64,000 nucleotides of DNA from an uncultured Christensenella sp. (lineage in GTDB: Bacteria; Bacillota; Clostridia; Christensenellales; CAG-917). The translations under genes were made by a program, and so were the position numbers. The notes under the pieces were generated by a model. That model ran no database searches. It saw only the letters and a list, made by a program, of their open reading frames with translations, and was not told where the DNA came from. Shown here piece by piece: positions 36,463 through 46,174 of the stretch. Numbering within the stretch: position 1 is the first letter of the stretch; the number at the start of each line of letters is the position of its first letter. The DNA lies in contig CAJTYG010000002.1 of assembly GCA_910584155.1 (NCBI GenBank), forward strand, positions 141,381-205,380, written 5' to 3'.

Positions 36463-39400
36463 CTATTTGAAGTATTTTACGGCAGACTCAAATATCTTCA
36501 TATCGTAATTGCCGACCACGTTTTTGTAAAGTCCGTTGCCTATGCGCTCGCTGTGTCCCATTTTGCCGAACACTCTGCCGTCAAACGAAGTTATACCCTC
36601 TATCGCATATGCCGAGTTGTTTGGGTTGAACTGAATATCGCCTGTAGCGTTGCCGTCAAAATCGACGTACTGCGTAGCGATCTGTCCGTTTTCGGCAAGC
36701 TGCAATATCAGCTTTTCATCTGCAAAAAATCTGCCCTCGCCGTGCGAAATCGGCACGTTGTAGACCTCGCCGACCTCTGTGCCCGCAAGCCAAGGCGATT
36801 TGTTTGAAGCTATCCTTGTGCGCACTATCTTAGATTGGTGACGGGATATTGTGTTGAATGTGAGCGTCGGACAGCTTTCATCCGTATCGATTATCTTACC
36901 GTACGGCACAAGTCCGAGCTTGATGAGCGCCTGAAAACCGTTGCATATGCCGAGCATAAGTCCGTCTCTGTTGTCAAGCAGGTCTGTCACGCCCTCTTTG
37001 ATGAGTGCGTTGCGGAAGAACGCAGTGATAAATTTGCCGCTTCCGTCAGGCTCGTCGCCGCCCGAAAAACCGCCGGGTATAAACACTATCTGCGCAGTCT
37101 TGAGAGCCTTTGCAAACGCTTCCATACTGCGTGAAATTCCGCTTGCGCTGAGATTGTTTACTACGATTATCTCAGGCTCGGCACCTGCGTCACGCATTGC
37201 CTTTGCGCTGTCAAACTCGCAGTTGGTGCCCGGGAAAGCAGGTATGAGCACCTTTGGCTTTGCCACCTTGACGGCAGGCGCAACTCTCTGCCCCGCCTGA
37301 TATGAAAACGTCTTGAGGTTTCCGCAATTTTGACTGATATTGCAGGAATACACACTCTCAAGCTTGTTTTCATACACACTCTCTATCTCGTCAAACGGCA
37401 CCGCTTCGTCCGAAAGCGTAAGCTTTCCGTCACTTGTAATTATACCTATAAGCTTGCCGTCGTTGACATCGCCCTCGACCTCGAGCATGAATGAGCCGTA
37501 GTTATATTTAAATATATCCTCAACGCTGAGCGTGCCATCAAACCTAAAGCCGAAGCCGTTGCCCATACAGCACTTTATCACAGCCTCCGCAATGCCGCCG
37601 AGCGTAAGCGTATAACACGAAGCCACCTTTCCGCTTCGCATAAGCTTTGTCACCTTGTCAAAGGTTTCAATCAAAGATTTGGCGACAGGCAAACCGTCCT
37701 TATCCACATCGCAGGACAGCATTATCACCTTGTTTCCCGCCTTTTTATATTCGGGCGAGATGATATTTTGCACCTTCTCGGTGGTGACCGCAAAGGATAC
37801 GAGAGTCGGCGGAACGTGGATATCCTCAAACGAACCGCTCATCGAGTCCTTGCCGCCTATTGCGCCTATGCCGAGCTCTTTTTGCGCCTTGAATGCTCCG
37901 AGCAAAGCGGATAACGGCTTGCCCCAACGCTCGCTGTCCTTGTTTAAACGCTCAAAATACTCTTGGAAGGTGAGATAAACGTCCTTAAACTGCGCTCCCA
38001 TTGCGATAAGCTTGCAAACGGATTCCACAACGGCAAGATATGCGCCGTGATAGGGGCTCTGTTCGGATATAAACGGATTGTATCCCCACGCCATAAGAGA
38101 GCAGTCGTCGGTATGCTTTTTCTCAACGGATATCTTTTGCACCATTGCCTGTATTGGCGTGCGCTGACGCTTTCCGCCAAACGGCATAAGCACCGTGCCT
38201 GCGCCTATAGTTGCGTCAAAGGTTTCGGCAAGACCACGTTTTGAGCATATATTGAGGTCGCCCGCAAGAGAAAGGACATTTTCTTTGAATGTACCTTTTA
38301 TCTTTTTAGGCTCATACTGCGCTTTTTTTGCAATTACGTCGATGTGCTTTTCCGCACCGTTGGAATTTAAAAACTCTCGGCTGATATCCACTATCTTTTT
38401 GCCGTTCCATTTCATCACAAGTCTCGGCTCGTCCTGCACGACGGCGACCTTGCAAGCCTGCAAATTTTCCTGCTGAGCGAGCTGCAAAAATCTGTCTACG
38501 TCCTTAGCCTCGACAACGACAGCCATACGCTCCTGCGATTCGCTTATAGCAAGCTCCGTGCCGTCAAGTCCCTCGTATTTTTTAGGCACGGCATTCAAAT
38601 CTATGTCGAGTCCGTCCGCAAGCTCGCCGATAGCGACCGATACGCCGCCCGCACCGAAGTCGTTACAACGCTTTATCATTCTGCACGCTTCGCCGTTGCG
38701 GAAAAGCCTTTGCAGCTTGCGCTCTTCGGGGGCATTGCCCTTTTGCACTTCCGCACCGCACGCCTCAAGCGAATGAGCCGTGTGCGATTTGCTTGAGCCT
38801 GTCGCTCCGCCGCAGCCGTCTCTACCCGTGCTTCCGCCAAGCAGAATCACCACGTCGCCCGCAACGGGACGCTCTCTGCGCACATTCTCGGCAGGAGTTG
38901 CTGCGATGACTGCGCCGATTTCCATACGCTTTGCCGTATAGCCGTCGTGATATATCTCGTCGACAATGCCCGTTGCAAGACCTATCTGATTGCCGTATGA
39001 GGAATATCCTGCTGCGGCAGTCGTCACTATCTTGCGCTGCGGCAGCTTGCCCTTTATCGTTTCGCTGACAGGCGTCAAGGGGTTGCCTGCGCCCGTAACT
39101 CTCATAGCGCCGTAAACGTAGGACCTACCCGACAGCGGATCTCTTATTGCGCCGCCTATACAGGTCGCCGCTCCGCCGAAAGGCTCTATCTCGGTCGGGT
39201 GATTGTGCGTTTCGTTTTTAAACAGCAGCAGCCACTTTTCGGTCACGCCGTCAACGTCAACGTCGATTTTCACCGTACAGGCGTTTATTTCTTCCGACTC
39301 ATCAAGCTTATCAAGCTTACCCTCTTTTTTGAGATATTTGACGGCAAGCGTTGCAACATCCATAAGACAGACGGGCTTTGTTCTGCCAAGCTCCTTGCGT

Positions 39401-40152
39401 GTCGCAAGATATTCGTTCCACGCATCTTCAATAAGTTTGTCTTCAAACCTAACGCTGTCAATAGTGGTCAAAAATGTCGTATGACGGCAGTGGTCCGACC
39501 AATACGTGTCGATCATACGTATTTCCGTTATAGTAGGCTCACGCTTTTCGGATATAAAATACTGCTGACAGAATGCGATATCGTCTATATCCATAGCAAG
39601 CCCGTAGCTCTTTATAAAAGCGGCAAGTCCCTCTCTGTCAAGCGAAATAAACCCGTCGAGGGTAGCCACCTCGGTGGGAATGTCAAACTTTGCCTCGAGC
39701 GTTTGCGGCTTGTCGAGCGTAGCTTCTCTTGCCTCAACGGGGTTGATGACATACTTTTTTATTTCGGCAAGCTGCTCTGCGCTTAAATTGCCGTAAAGCA
39801 CGTATACCTTTGCGGTGCGCACCGTAGGGCGCTCGCCCTGCGAGATTATCTGTATACACTGCGAGGCGGAGTCCGCACGCTGATCGAACTGCCCCGGCAG
39901 ATATTCCACAGCAAACACCGTGCCGCCGTCTAAAGAAGGCTCGTCGTATACATTATCAAGCTGCGGCTCTGAAAAAACAGTATTTTTTGCATATTCAAAC
40001 AGGTCCTGCGAGATATTTTCCGCATCGTATCTGTTGAGTATACGCACCTTTTCAAGCGTCTTTATGCCAAGCAGACTTTGTACGTCGTTAAGCAACGACT
40101 TAGCCTCGTTTGCAAGCCCCTCTTTTTTTTCTACAAAAACTCTGTAGACCAT
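36463..40152 (-). CDS. purL: phosphoribosylformylglycinamidine synthase (large fused PurL/PurQ/PurS type)
   Basis: ~1229 aa. ATG at 40152 overlaps the purD stop (TAATG), with GGAGGG 6 nt upstream. AIR-synthase-like repeats and a C-terminal GATase (ICNGFQAL, ISHGEGRF). Confidence 0.95.
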   Translation of the reverse strand: MVYRVFVEKKEGLANEAKSLLNDVQSLLGIKTLEKVRILNRYDAENISQDLFEYAKNTVFSEPQLDNVYDEPSLDGGTVFAVEYLPGQFDQRADSASQCIQIISQGERPTVRTAKVYVLYGNLSAEQLAEIKKYVINPVEAREATLDKPQTLEAKFDIPTEVATLDGFISLDREGLAAFIKSYGLAMDIDDIAFCQQYFISEKREPTITEIRMIDTYWSDHCRHTTFLTTIDSVRFEDKLIEDAWNEYLATRKELGRTKPVCLMDVATLAVKYLKKEGKLDKLDESEEINACTVKIDVDVDGVTEKWLLLFKNETHNHPTEIEPFGGAATCIGGAIRDPLSGRSYVYGAMRVTGAGNPLTPVSETIKGKLPQRKIVTTAAAGYSSYGNQIGLATGIVDEIYHDGYTAKRMEIGAVIAATPAENVRRERPVAGDVVILLGGSTGRDGCGGATGSSKSHTAHSLEACGAEVQKGNAPEERKLQRLFRNGEACRMIKRCNDFGAGGVSVAIGELADGLDIDLNAVPKKYEGLDGTELAISESQERMAVVVEAKDVDRFLQLAQQENLQACKVAVVQDEPRLVMKWNGKKIVDISREFLNSNGAEKHIDVIAKKAQYEPKKIKGTFKENVLSLAGDLNICSKRGLAETFDATIGAGTVLMPFGGKRQRTPIQAMVQKISVEKKHTDDCSLMAWGYNPFISEQSPYHGAYLAVVESVCKLIAMGAQFKDVYLTFQEYFERLNKDSERWGKPLSALLGAFKAQKELGIGAIGGKDSMSGSFEDIHVPPTLVSFAVTTEKVQNIISPEYKKAGNKVIMLSCDVDKDGLPVAKSLIETFDKVTKLMRSGKVASCYTLTLGGIAEAVIKCCMGNGFGFRFDGTLSVEDIFKYNYGSFMLEVEGDVNDGKLIGIITSDGKLTLSDEAVPFDEIESVYENKLESVYSCNISQNCGNLKTFSYQAGQRVAPAVKVAKPKVLIPAFPGTNCEFDSAKAMRDAGAEPEIIVVNNLSASGISRSMEAFAKALKTAQIVFIPGGFSGGDEPDGSGKFITAFFRNALIKEGVTDLLDNRDGLMLGICNGFQALIKLGLVPYGKIIDTDESCPTLTFNTISRHQSKIVRTRIASNKSPWLAGTEVGEVYNVPISHGEGRFFADEKLILQLAENGQIATQYVDFDGNATGDIQFNPNNSAYAIEGITSFDGRVFGKMGHSERIGNGLYKNVVGNYDMKIFESAVKYFK

Positions 40153-41423
40153 TATTTTCCCTCCGTAGCGCAAATTGCACGCTTGCCTATATCCTTGCGA
40201 TAGTAGGCGTTTTCAAAACTGATTTTACGTACGTCCGCATACGCCTTATCTATTGCCGAAGCAAGCGTATCGGATATTTCCGTCACCCCGAGTACACGCC
40301 CGCCGTTGGTGATGAGCCTGTCGCCGTCCTTTGCTGCGCCCGCAACGTATACCTTATTTAAAAGCTCGTCGGGTATGCTTATCTCAAAGCCCTTTTCATA
40401 GTGCGACGGATAGCCTTTTGACGCCATAATGACGCAACAGGCGTGTGCGTCCTCAAACTCTACGTTTACGCTGTCAAGCCTCCCTTCCGTCACCGCACGC
40501 ATAATCGTGAGCAGGTCGGTTTTTAAAAGCGGCAGCACTACCTGAGTTTCGGGATCGCCGAAGCGGCAGTTGTACTCGATGACCTTAGGTCCGTCCTCGG
40601 TTATCATAAGTCCAAAATACAAACAGCCTTTGAACGTCCTACCCTCTGAATTCATAGCCTTTATCGTAGGCAAAAATATCTTTTGCATACACTCGCTTGC
40701 GACTTCCTTTGTGTAATACGGATTTGGCGCAACGGTGCCCATTCCGCCGGTATTGAGCCCCATATCGCCGTCAAGCGCACGTTTATGGTCCATTGACGAC
40801 ACCATAGGCACGACGGTTTTTCCGTCCGTAAACGCAAGCACAGACACCTCGGGACCTGTCAAAAATTCCTCTATGACTATGCAGTCGCCGCTTTTGCCAA
40901 ACGCCTTGTCCTGCATCATGCTCTTCACTGCCGCCTTTGCCTCGTCCTTGCTGTTTGCGATTATGACGCCCTTGCCGAGCGCAAGTCCGTCCGCCTTTAT
41001 AACTGTTGGCACAGGCGCAGTATCGAGATATTTAAGGGCGCTGTCGCAGTCGTTGAAAACCTCGTATTTTGCGGTCGGAATTCCGTATTTTTTCATAAGG
41101 TTTTTTGCAAAAGCCTTGCTGCCCTCGATTATTGCGGCGTTTGCACGTGGACCGAAGCACGCAATGCCTTTGCTCTCGAGTGCGTCCACAGCGCCGAGCA
41201 CAAGCGGATCGTCGGGTGCGACTACTGCGTAATCTATCGCATTTTTCACGGCGAAATCAACTATGCCGTCAATATCCTTTGCGCCTATGTTAACGCACTG
41301 CGCATCGGCGGCAATGCCTCCGTTGCCCGGCAATGCGTAAATTTTTTGCACGTCGGGATTTTGTTTCAGTTTTTTGATTATGGCATGCTCTCTGCCGCCT
41401 CCGCCAACTACCAAAATATTCAT
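40152..41423 (-). CDS. purD: phosphoribosylamine--glycine ligase
   Basis: MNILVVGGGGREHAI and an ATP-grasp core. 423 aa. Confidence 0.96.
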   Translation of the reverse strand: MNILVVGGGGREHAIIKKLKQNPDVQKIYALPGNGGIAADAQCVNIGAKDIDGIVDFAVKNAIDYAVVAPDDPLVLGAVDALESKGIACFGPRANAAIIEGSKAFAKNLMKKYGIPTAKYEVFNDCDSALKYLDTAPVPTVIKADGLALGKGVIIANSKDEAKAAVKSMMQDKAFGKSGDCIVIEEFLTGPEVSVLAFTDGKTVVPMVSSMDHKRALDGDMGLNTGGMGTVAPNPYYTKEVASECMQKIFLPTIKAMNSEGRTFKGCLYFGLMITEDGPKVIEYNCRFGDPETQVVLPLLKTDLLTIMRAVTEGRLDSVNVEFEDAHACCVIMASKGYPSHYEKGFEISIPDELLNKVYVAGAAKDGDRLITNGGRVLGVTEISDTLASAIDKAYADVRKISFENAYYRKDIGKRAICATEGK

Positions 41424-41480
41424 TTTGTACCTCGATAAAGTTTATATCAAACAGTTTTAGGCTATCTAAACGTGTGTTTA

Positions 41481-42665
41481 TCAATGATGGAACAGTCTCA
41501 TACCCGTAAACGCCATCACCATATCATACTTATCGCAGCACTCTATCACAAGGTCGTCTCTTATTGAGCCGCCCGGTTCCGCAATATATTTTACGCCGCT
41601 GCGCTTTGCTCTTTCGATGTTGTCGCTGAACGGGAAGAATGCGTCCGAGCCGAGCGCTACGCCGTCTATCGTGGCAAGGTACGCCCTCTTTTCCTCATCG
41701 GTAAACGGCTCGGGTTGAGACGTGAAATACTTTTGCCAATTACCGTCTGCGCATACGTCCTCTTCATTGTGATTTACGTATCCGTCCACAACGTTGTCTC
41801 TGTCAGCTCTGCCGAGCTCGGGCTTAAACGGCAGATTCAACACCTTGTCGTGCTGACGCAAAAACCACGTATCCGCCTTACCGCCCGCAAGGCGTGTGCA
41901 GTGTATTCTTGACTGCTGCCCTGCGCCCACGCCTATTGCCTGTCCGTCCACAGCGTAGCATACGGAGTTAGACTGCGTATATTTTAGCGTGATAAGTGCG
42001 ACTATCAAATCTCTGACAGCCGTTTCGGGCAGATTTTTGTTTGCAGTAACAACATTTTTGAGCAGCTCTGCGTTTATTTTAAAGTTGTTTCTGCCCTGCT
42101 CAAACGTGATGCCGTAAACCTGTTTGGTTTCCTTTTCGGCAGGCACGTAATCAGGATCTATTTTTACGATATTATAGGTGCCTTTGCGCTTTGATTTGAG
42201 TATTTCAAGTGCTTCGTCGTCGTAGTCGGGTGCGATAACGCCGTCCGATACCTCTCTTTTTATCATAAGCGCAGTCGTTACGTCGCATTTATCGGACAAC
42301 GCAACCCAATCGCCAAAGGAACACATTCTGTCCGCACCTCTTGCACGTGCATATGCGCAAGCGAGCGGCGAGCCGTCAAGTCCCTCTATATCGTCCACAA
42401 AGCAAGCTCTTTTCAGCTTATCCGAAAGCGGCACGCCCACCGCCGCAGACGTGGGACTGACGTGCTTAAATGACGTCACGCAAGGAAGTCCCGTCGCCTC
42501 TTTGAGCTCTTTGACAAGCTGCCAGCTGTTGAAAGCGTCCAAAAAGTTGATATAGCCGGGTCTGCCGTTCAAAATCTCGATAGGCAGCTCGGAGCCGTCC
42601 GCCATATAAATTTTTGACGGCTTTTGGTTGGGGTTGCAACCGTATTTAAGTTCAAAATCCTTCAT
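41481..42665 (-). CDS. purH: AICAR formyltransferase (PurH transformylase domain only)
   Basis: 394 aa. LKYGCNPNQ, SFKHVSPTSAAVG, AIGVGAGQQSRIHCTRLA. The N-terminal MGS-like IMP cyclohydrolase domain is absent. Confidence 0.9.
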   Translation of the reverse strand: MKDFELKYGCNPNQKPSKIYMADGSELPIEILNGRPGYINFLDAFNSWQLVKELKEATGLPCVTSFKHVSPTSAAVGVPLSDKLKRACFVDDIEGLDGSPLACAYARARGADRMCSFGDWVALSDKCDVTTALMIKREVSDGVIAPDYDDEALEILKSKRKGTYNIVKIDPDYVPAEKETKQVYGITFEQGRNNFKINAELLKNVVTANKNLPETAVRDLIVALITLKYTQSNSVCYAVDGQAIGVGAGQQSRIHCTRLAGGKADTWFLRQHDKVLNLPFKPELGRADRDNVVDGYVNHNEEDVCADGNWQKYFTSQPEPFTDEEKRAYLATIDGVALGSDAFFPFSDNIERAKRSGVKYIAEPGGSIRDDLVIECCDKYDMVMAFTGMRLFHH

Positions 42666-42675
42666 ACTTCCTCCG

Positions 42676-43398
42676 TTATTTAACGTTTTTGTTTATCATT
42701 CTGTTTTGCACGCTGCCGCTGTTTAAATCAATATAGCGTACGTAAAGCGAAATCTTGTTTTGCTCGTCAAGCGACGTCCAGATTTCGTTTGTAAACTCGT
42801 CGATATCGTTTGGAATATTCACTCTCTCGGGCTCGCCGCAGAATGTCGGAATAGGATTGCCGTCGCAGATGTATGTGTGTATAAAGTGTCCAAGCCCTGC
42901 CTTTGACGGATATGCGTAAGTGTATCGGCAGCAGTCGCTTCCGACCTCGTCAATACTCTTCAAAATGCTCATCTGATAAGTGAAATCGCCTTTGTCAAAG
43001 GTGAGCATTCCGCTTATTCTCGGTGTAAAGTTCGGTCCGTCGGGCTCAAACTCACGTGTTGCGAGAGCGTCGCTGAAAGTTCCCCCATTCGCTACTGCGT
43101 CATAAACGGTGTCCGTCTGATTGCCGTTTGTGACGATAAGCTTGTTGTCTATCTTCCTTATCGGGGAATAAATGATGAGGCTCGGGTCCTCGACCTTGCT
43201 TTCGTCAAAGGGATAGATCACAACCTCGTCGCCCTTTTCGACAAACACACGGTTGCGGCTGTTGACGCTTCTGCCCATAATAAAATAAGCTATGCACGCC
43301 TTTGAGCCGTCCTTACTTTTGCCGATGATGATGCCTCTTCCTACGTACGAATTGCCCTCGATGAGGCTGCGCACGTCGTCTTGCTTGTAGATGTTCAT
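42676..43398 (-). CDS. purO: IMP cyclohydrolase, PurO-like (archaeal type)
   Basis: YVGRGIIIGKSKDGSKACIAYFIMGRSVNSRNR and IVTNGNQTDTV parallel M. jannaschii PurO (YLGRILAVGRNSNGS..., VVSNGSHTDTI). Confidence 0.85.
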   Translation of the reverse strand: MNIYKQDDVRSLIEGNSYVGRGIIIGKSKDGSKACIAYFIMGRSVNSRNRVFVEKGDEVVIYPFDESKVEDPSLIIYSPIRKIDNKLIVTNGNQTDTVYDAVANGGTFSDALATREFEPDGPNFTPRISGMLTFDKGDFTYQMSILKSIDEVGSDCCRYTYAYPSKAGLGHFIHTYICDGNPIPTFCGEPERVNIPNDIDEFTNEIWTSLDEQNKISLYVRYIDLNSGSVQNRMINKNVK

Positions 43399-43415
43399 AT
43401 TATTCTCCTTTGTGT

Positions 43416-44030
43416 TTATCTATTTGATATCAATTCCGCACAAACCTTTTCCACTGCCGCAGGCAAAATTTTCCATTCCGCCATGCGCATAACACGCTTT
43501 TGCAGTATCTCGGGCGTATCGCCCTCTTTGACCGCAACCGCCTTTTGCATGATTATCCTGCCACCGTCGGGAATTTCGTTTACAAAATGTACAGTCGCAC
43601 CCGTAACTTTCACGCCGTATGCAAGCACTGCCTCGTGCACGTGCAAGCCGTAAAAGCCCTTTCCGCAAAATGACGGAATGAGCGACGGGTGGACGTTGAT
43701 AATTCTGTTTGGATAATCTCTTGTAAAGTTCTCGCTCAAAATGCACATAAAGCCTGCGAGAACGATAAAATCTATTTTGTTTTCAGTGATGAGCGCCTTG
43801 ATAGCGCTTTCAAAATCATCTGTGCTTGCAAACTGCTTTTTGCTTACGACGGCGGTTTTTATGCCTGCGTTTTTCGCACGCTGCAGCGCATATGCGTCGC
43901 TATTGTTGGATATGACTATCTCTATTTTACCGCTCTTTATTATGCCGCTCTTTTCTGCGTCGATAAGAGCTTGAAGATTCGTGCCTCCGCCCGAAACCAA
44001 AACGGCGATTTTTGCAAGGCTATTTCTCAT
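43416..44030 (-). CDS. purN: phosphoribosylglycinamide formyltransferase
   Basis: IAVLVSGGGTNLQALID, NVHPSLIP, TGATVHFV. Confidence 0.95.
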   Translation of the reverse strand: MRNSLAKIAVLVSGGGTNLQALIDAEKSGIIKSGKIEIVISNNSDAYALQRAKNAGIKTAVVSKKQFASTDDFESAIKALITENKIDFIVLAGFMCILSENFTRDYPNRIINVHPSLIPSFCGKGFYGLHVHEAVLAYGVKVTGATVHFVNEIPDGGRIIMQKAVAVKEGDTPEILQKRVMRMAEWKILPAAVEKVCAELISNR

Positions 44031-44796
44031 CGTTCACCTCTTGTATCTCGCAGGTTGCGCCGACAGCGTTTAAAACCTGTTCATCGGCTATAGCTATATC
44101 GGCTTTATCCTGCGAATTTTCATCGAATAATGCCATAGGCAAGTCGATACTCTCTTTACCCTGCGCCTTCTTTTTGATATCTTTGCCTACAAGCGCAAGC
44201 GCAGGCAGAATGAGCGCACCTACAGTATTGCCAAGTATCACAAGCCAAATAAACCCGAACGCCTTTGCACTGTAAACGCCGCCAATCGCAAAGTAGCCCA
44301 TATCCGCAATCGAGTGCTCGAAGCCGCTCAGAATAAACACAGGTATAGCAAACAGCACGCCGACAATGCTCTTTTTTTCCTTGTAGATAGCAACCGCAAC
44401 GTACATGAGCACGCCGCACATAATGCCTCTGATCAACGTCTGCCACCACTGCTGCTGCATAAGCTTTGCAGCACAAATAGCAGAGGCGGTCTCGTACAAA
44501 TCGGGTATGGCATATTGCACAGCAATGCCCACGACCGCCGTCGCTATGACGTTGCCGAGCAAGCCGAGCAAAAGCCCCGATATGTAATCCTTGTTGAAGT
44601 TTTCAAGGATAAAGCCTATCCTGCCCGTATAAAGCGAATAGCCCTTGTAACAGATCGTCAGCAGCGCAACGCTGAAAAGGATAGCCCCCACCCATTTGAT
44701 ATCCTTGCAAGCCAAAAACACACAGCAGCCTACGGTGATAAGCAATCCTGCGCAAATGCCGTCGCAGATCTGTTTTAGTATCTTCTTTATCAGCAT
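44020..44796 (-). CDS. formate/nitrite transporter (FNT) family protein embedded in the pur operon
   Basis: 258 aa, about 6 TM. FNT-like motifs [54 protein letters not shown]. It overlaps purM by 7 nt and purN by 11 nt. Confidence 0.75.
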   Translation of the reverse strand: MLIKKILKQICDGICAGLLITVGCCVFLACKDIKWVGAILFSVALLTICYKGYSLYTGRIGFILENFNKDYISGLLLGLLGNVIATAVVGIAVQYAIPDLYETASAICAAKLMQQQWWQTLIRGIMCGVLMYVAVAIYKEKKSIVGVLFAIPVFILSGFEHSIADMGYFAIGGVYSAKAFGFIWLVILGNTVGALILPALALVGKDIKKKAQGKESIDLPMALFDENSQDKADIAIADEQVLNAVGATCEIQEVNDEK

Positions 44797-45830
44797 ATGG
44801 TTATTTTATCTTCAGATTTGACGATCTCGCCTATGACGTAAGCGTCCTCACCGTTGTTCTTCAAAATATCGAGTGCCTTATCTGCGTCCTGCTTTGCAAC
44901 GATTACGCACATGCCAACGCCCATATTGAAGGTGTTGAACATGTCTCTCTCGCAAATGCCGCCTTTTTTGGCAATAAGGTCAAATATGGGTAGCACCTTT
45001 ACCGCAGACTTCTGCACCTTTGCGCCGAGTCCGTTGGGAATACTGCGGGGAATGTTCTCGTAAAAGCCTCCGCCCGTGATGTGCGAAATGCCCTTGACCG
45101 CAACCTCGTCGAGAAGCGCAAGCACAGGCTTGACGTATATTTTTGTAGGCGTAAGCAGAGTTTCGCCGATAGAACGGCCGCCAAGCTCTGCTACAGGCGA
45201 TTTGATGTCGGCATTTTCAACGTCAAACACCTTGCGCACAAGCGAGAAACCGTTGGAATGTACGCCGCTTGACGGCAACGCAATTATGACGTCACCCTCG
45301 CCCATCTTTGTGTTGTCAATTATCTTAGCCTTGTCGACTACGCCCGTGCAGTAGCCTGCAAGGTCATATTCTTCCACGGGATAAAAACCGGGCATTTCTG
45401 CGGTTTCACCGCCGATTAGCGCAGCGCCTGCCTGAACACAACCGTCGCAAACGCCCTTAACTATGTCGGCAATACGCTCGGGCACGTTTTTGCCGCAAGC
45501 TATGTAATCAAGGAAAAACAGCGGCTTTGCGCCCACGCAAATGACGTCGTTTACGCACATCGCCACGCAGTCGATACCTACAGTGTCATGCTTGTCCATA
45601 ATAAATGCAAGCTTGAGCTTTGTGCCTACGCCGTCGGTGCCGCTAACAAGCACGGGACGTGTAATGCCTGTCATATCAAGCTCAAACAGTCCGCCGAATC
45701 CGCCCACGCCCGAGCATACGCCCGCAGTCATAGTTTTTGCAATGTGCTTCTTCATAAGTTCCACTGCCTTGTAGCCCGCAGTGATGTCAACGCCTGCGCT
45801 TTTGTAACTTTCCGAAAAACTTTTTTCCAT
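44790..45830 (-). CDS. purM: phosphoribosylformylglycinamidine cyclo-ligase (AIR synthetase)
   Basis: 346 aa. [33 protein letters not shown]. Confidence 0.96.
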   Translation of the reverse strand: MEKSFSESYKSAGVDITAGYKAVELMKKHIAKTMTAGVCSGVGGFGGLFELDMTGITRPVLVSGTDGVGTKLKLAFIMDKHDTVGIDCVAMCVNDVICVGAKPLFFLDYIACGKNVPERIADIVKGVCDGCVQAGAALIGGETAEMPGFYPVEEYDLAGYCTGVVDKAKIIDNTKMGEGDVIIALPSSGVHSNGFSLVRKVFDVENADIKSPVAELGGRSIGETLLTPTKIYVKPVLALLDEVAVKGISHITGGGFYENIPRSIPNGLGAKVQKSAVKVLPIFDLIAKKGGICERDMFNTFNMGVGMCVIVAKQDADKALDILKNNGEDAYVIGEIVKSEDKITIC

Positions 45831-46174
45831 AATTTATCCTTGTTATTGTTATTTACAATTTTGTTCCTATTTTAGCGCATAGTCACGATAAAGACAAGGA
45901 AGGTGCGGATATGCGACGGGCGTGTACTGAGCGTACACAACCGAGCATAACGCAAAGCTGACGCTGTATTTAGCGATGAATATGCGCCGATTGATTTTAT
46001 CCACTTGCCCGACAGGGCTTCCACCAAGCAAAGTATCGTGCGGAACGAAACAAGAGTTTACAACGTCCATATGATTTGATAGCAAACGATACTTTGTGCG
46101 GTAGTAAGAATAAAATCAAGCTTAGGCTTTAGCAATGCTTGCAAGCAAGCGTTGCCGTGCCTATTGCGCTGATT

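Noticed and set aside
45867-46085. 72-aa minus-strand ORF in the purF-purM gap
   Set aside because: It has no RBS and no recognisable similarity, and its composition is odd. The region is better described as non-coding structured RNA or spacer.
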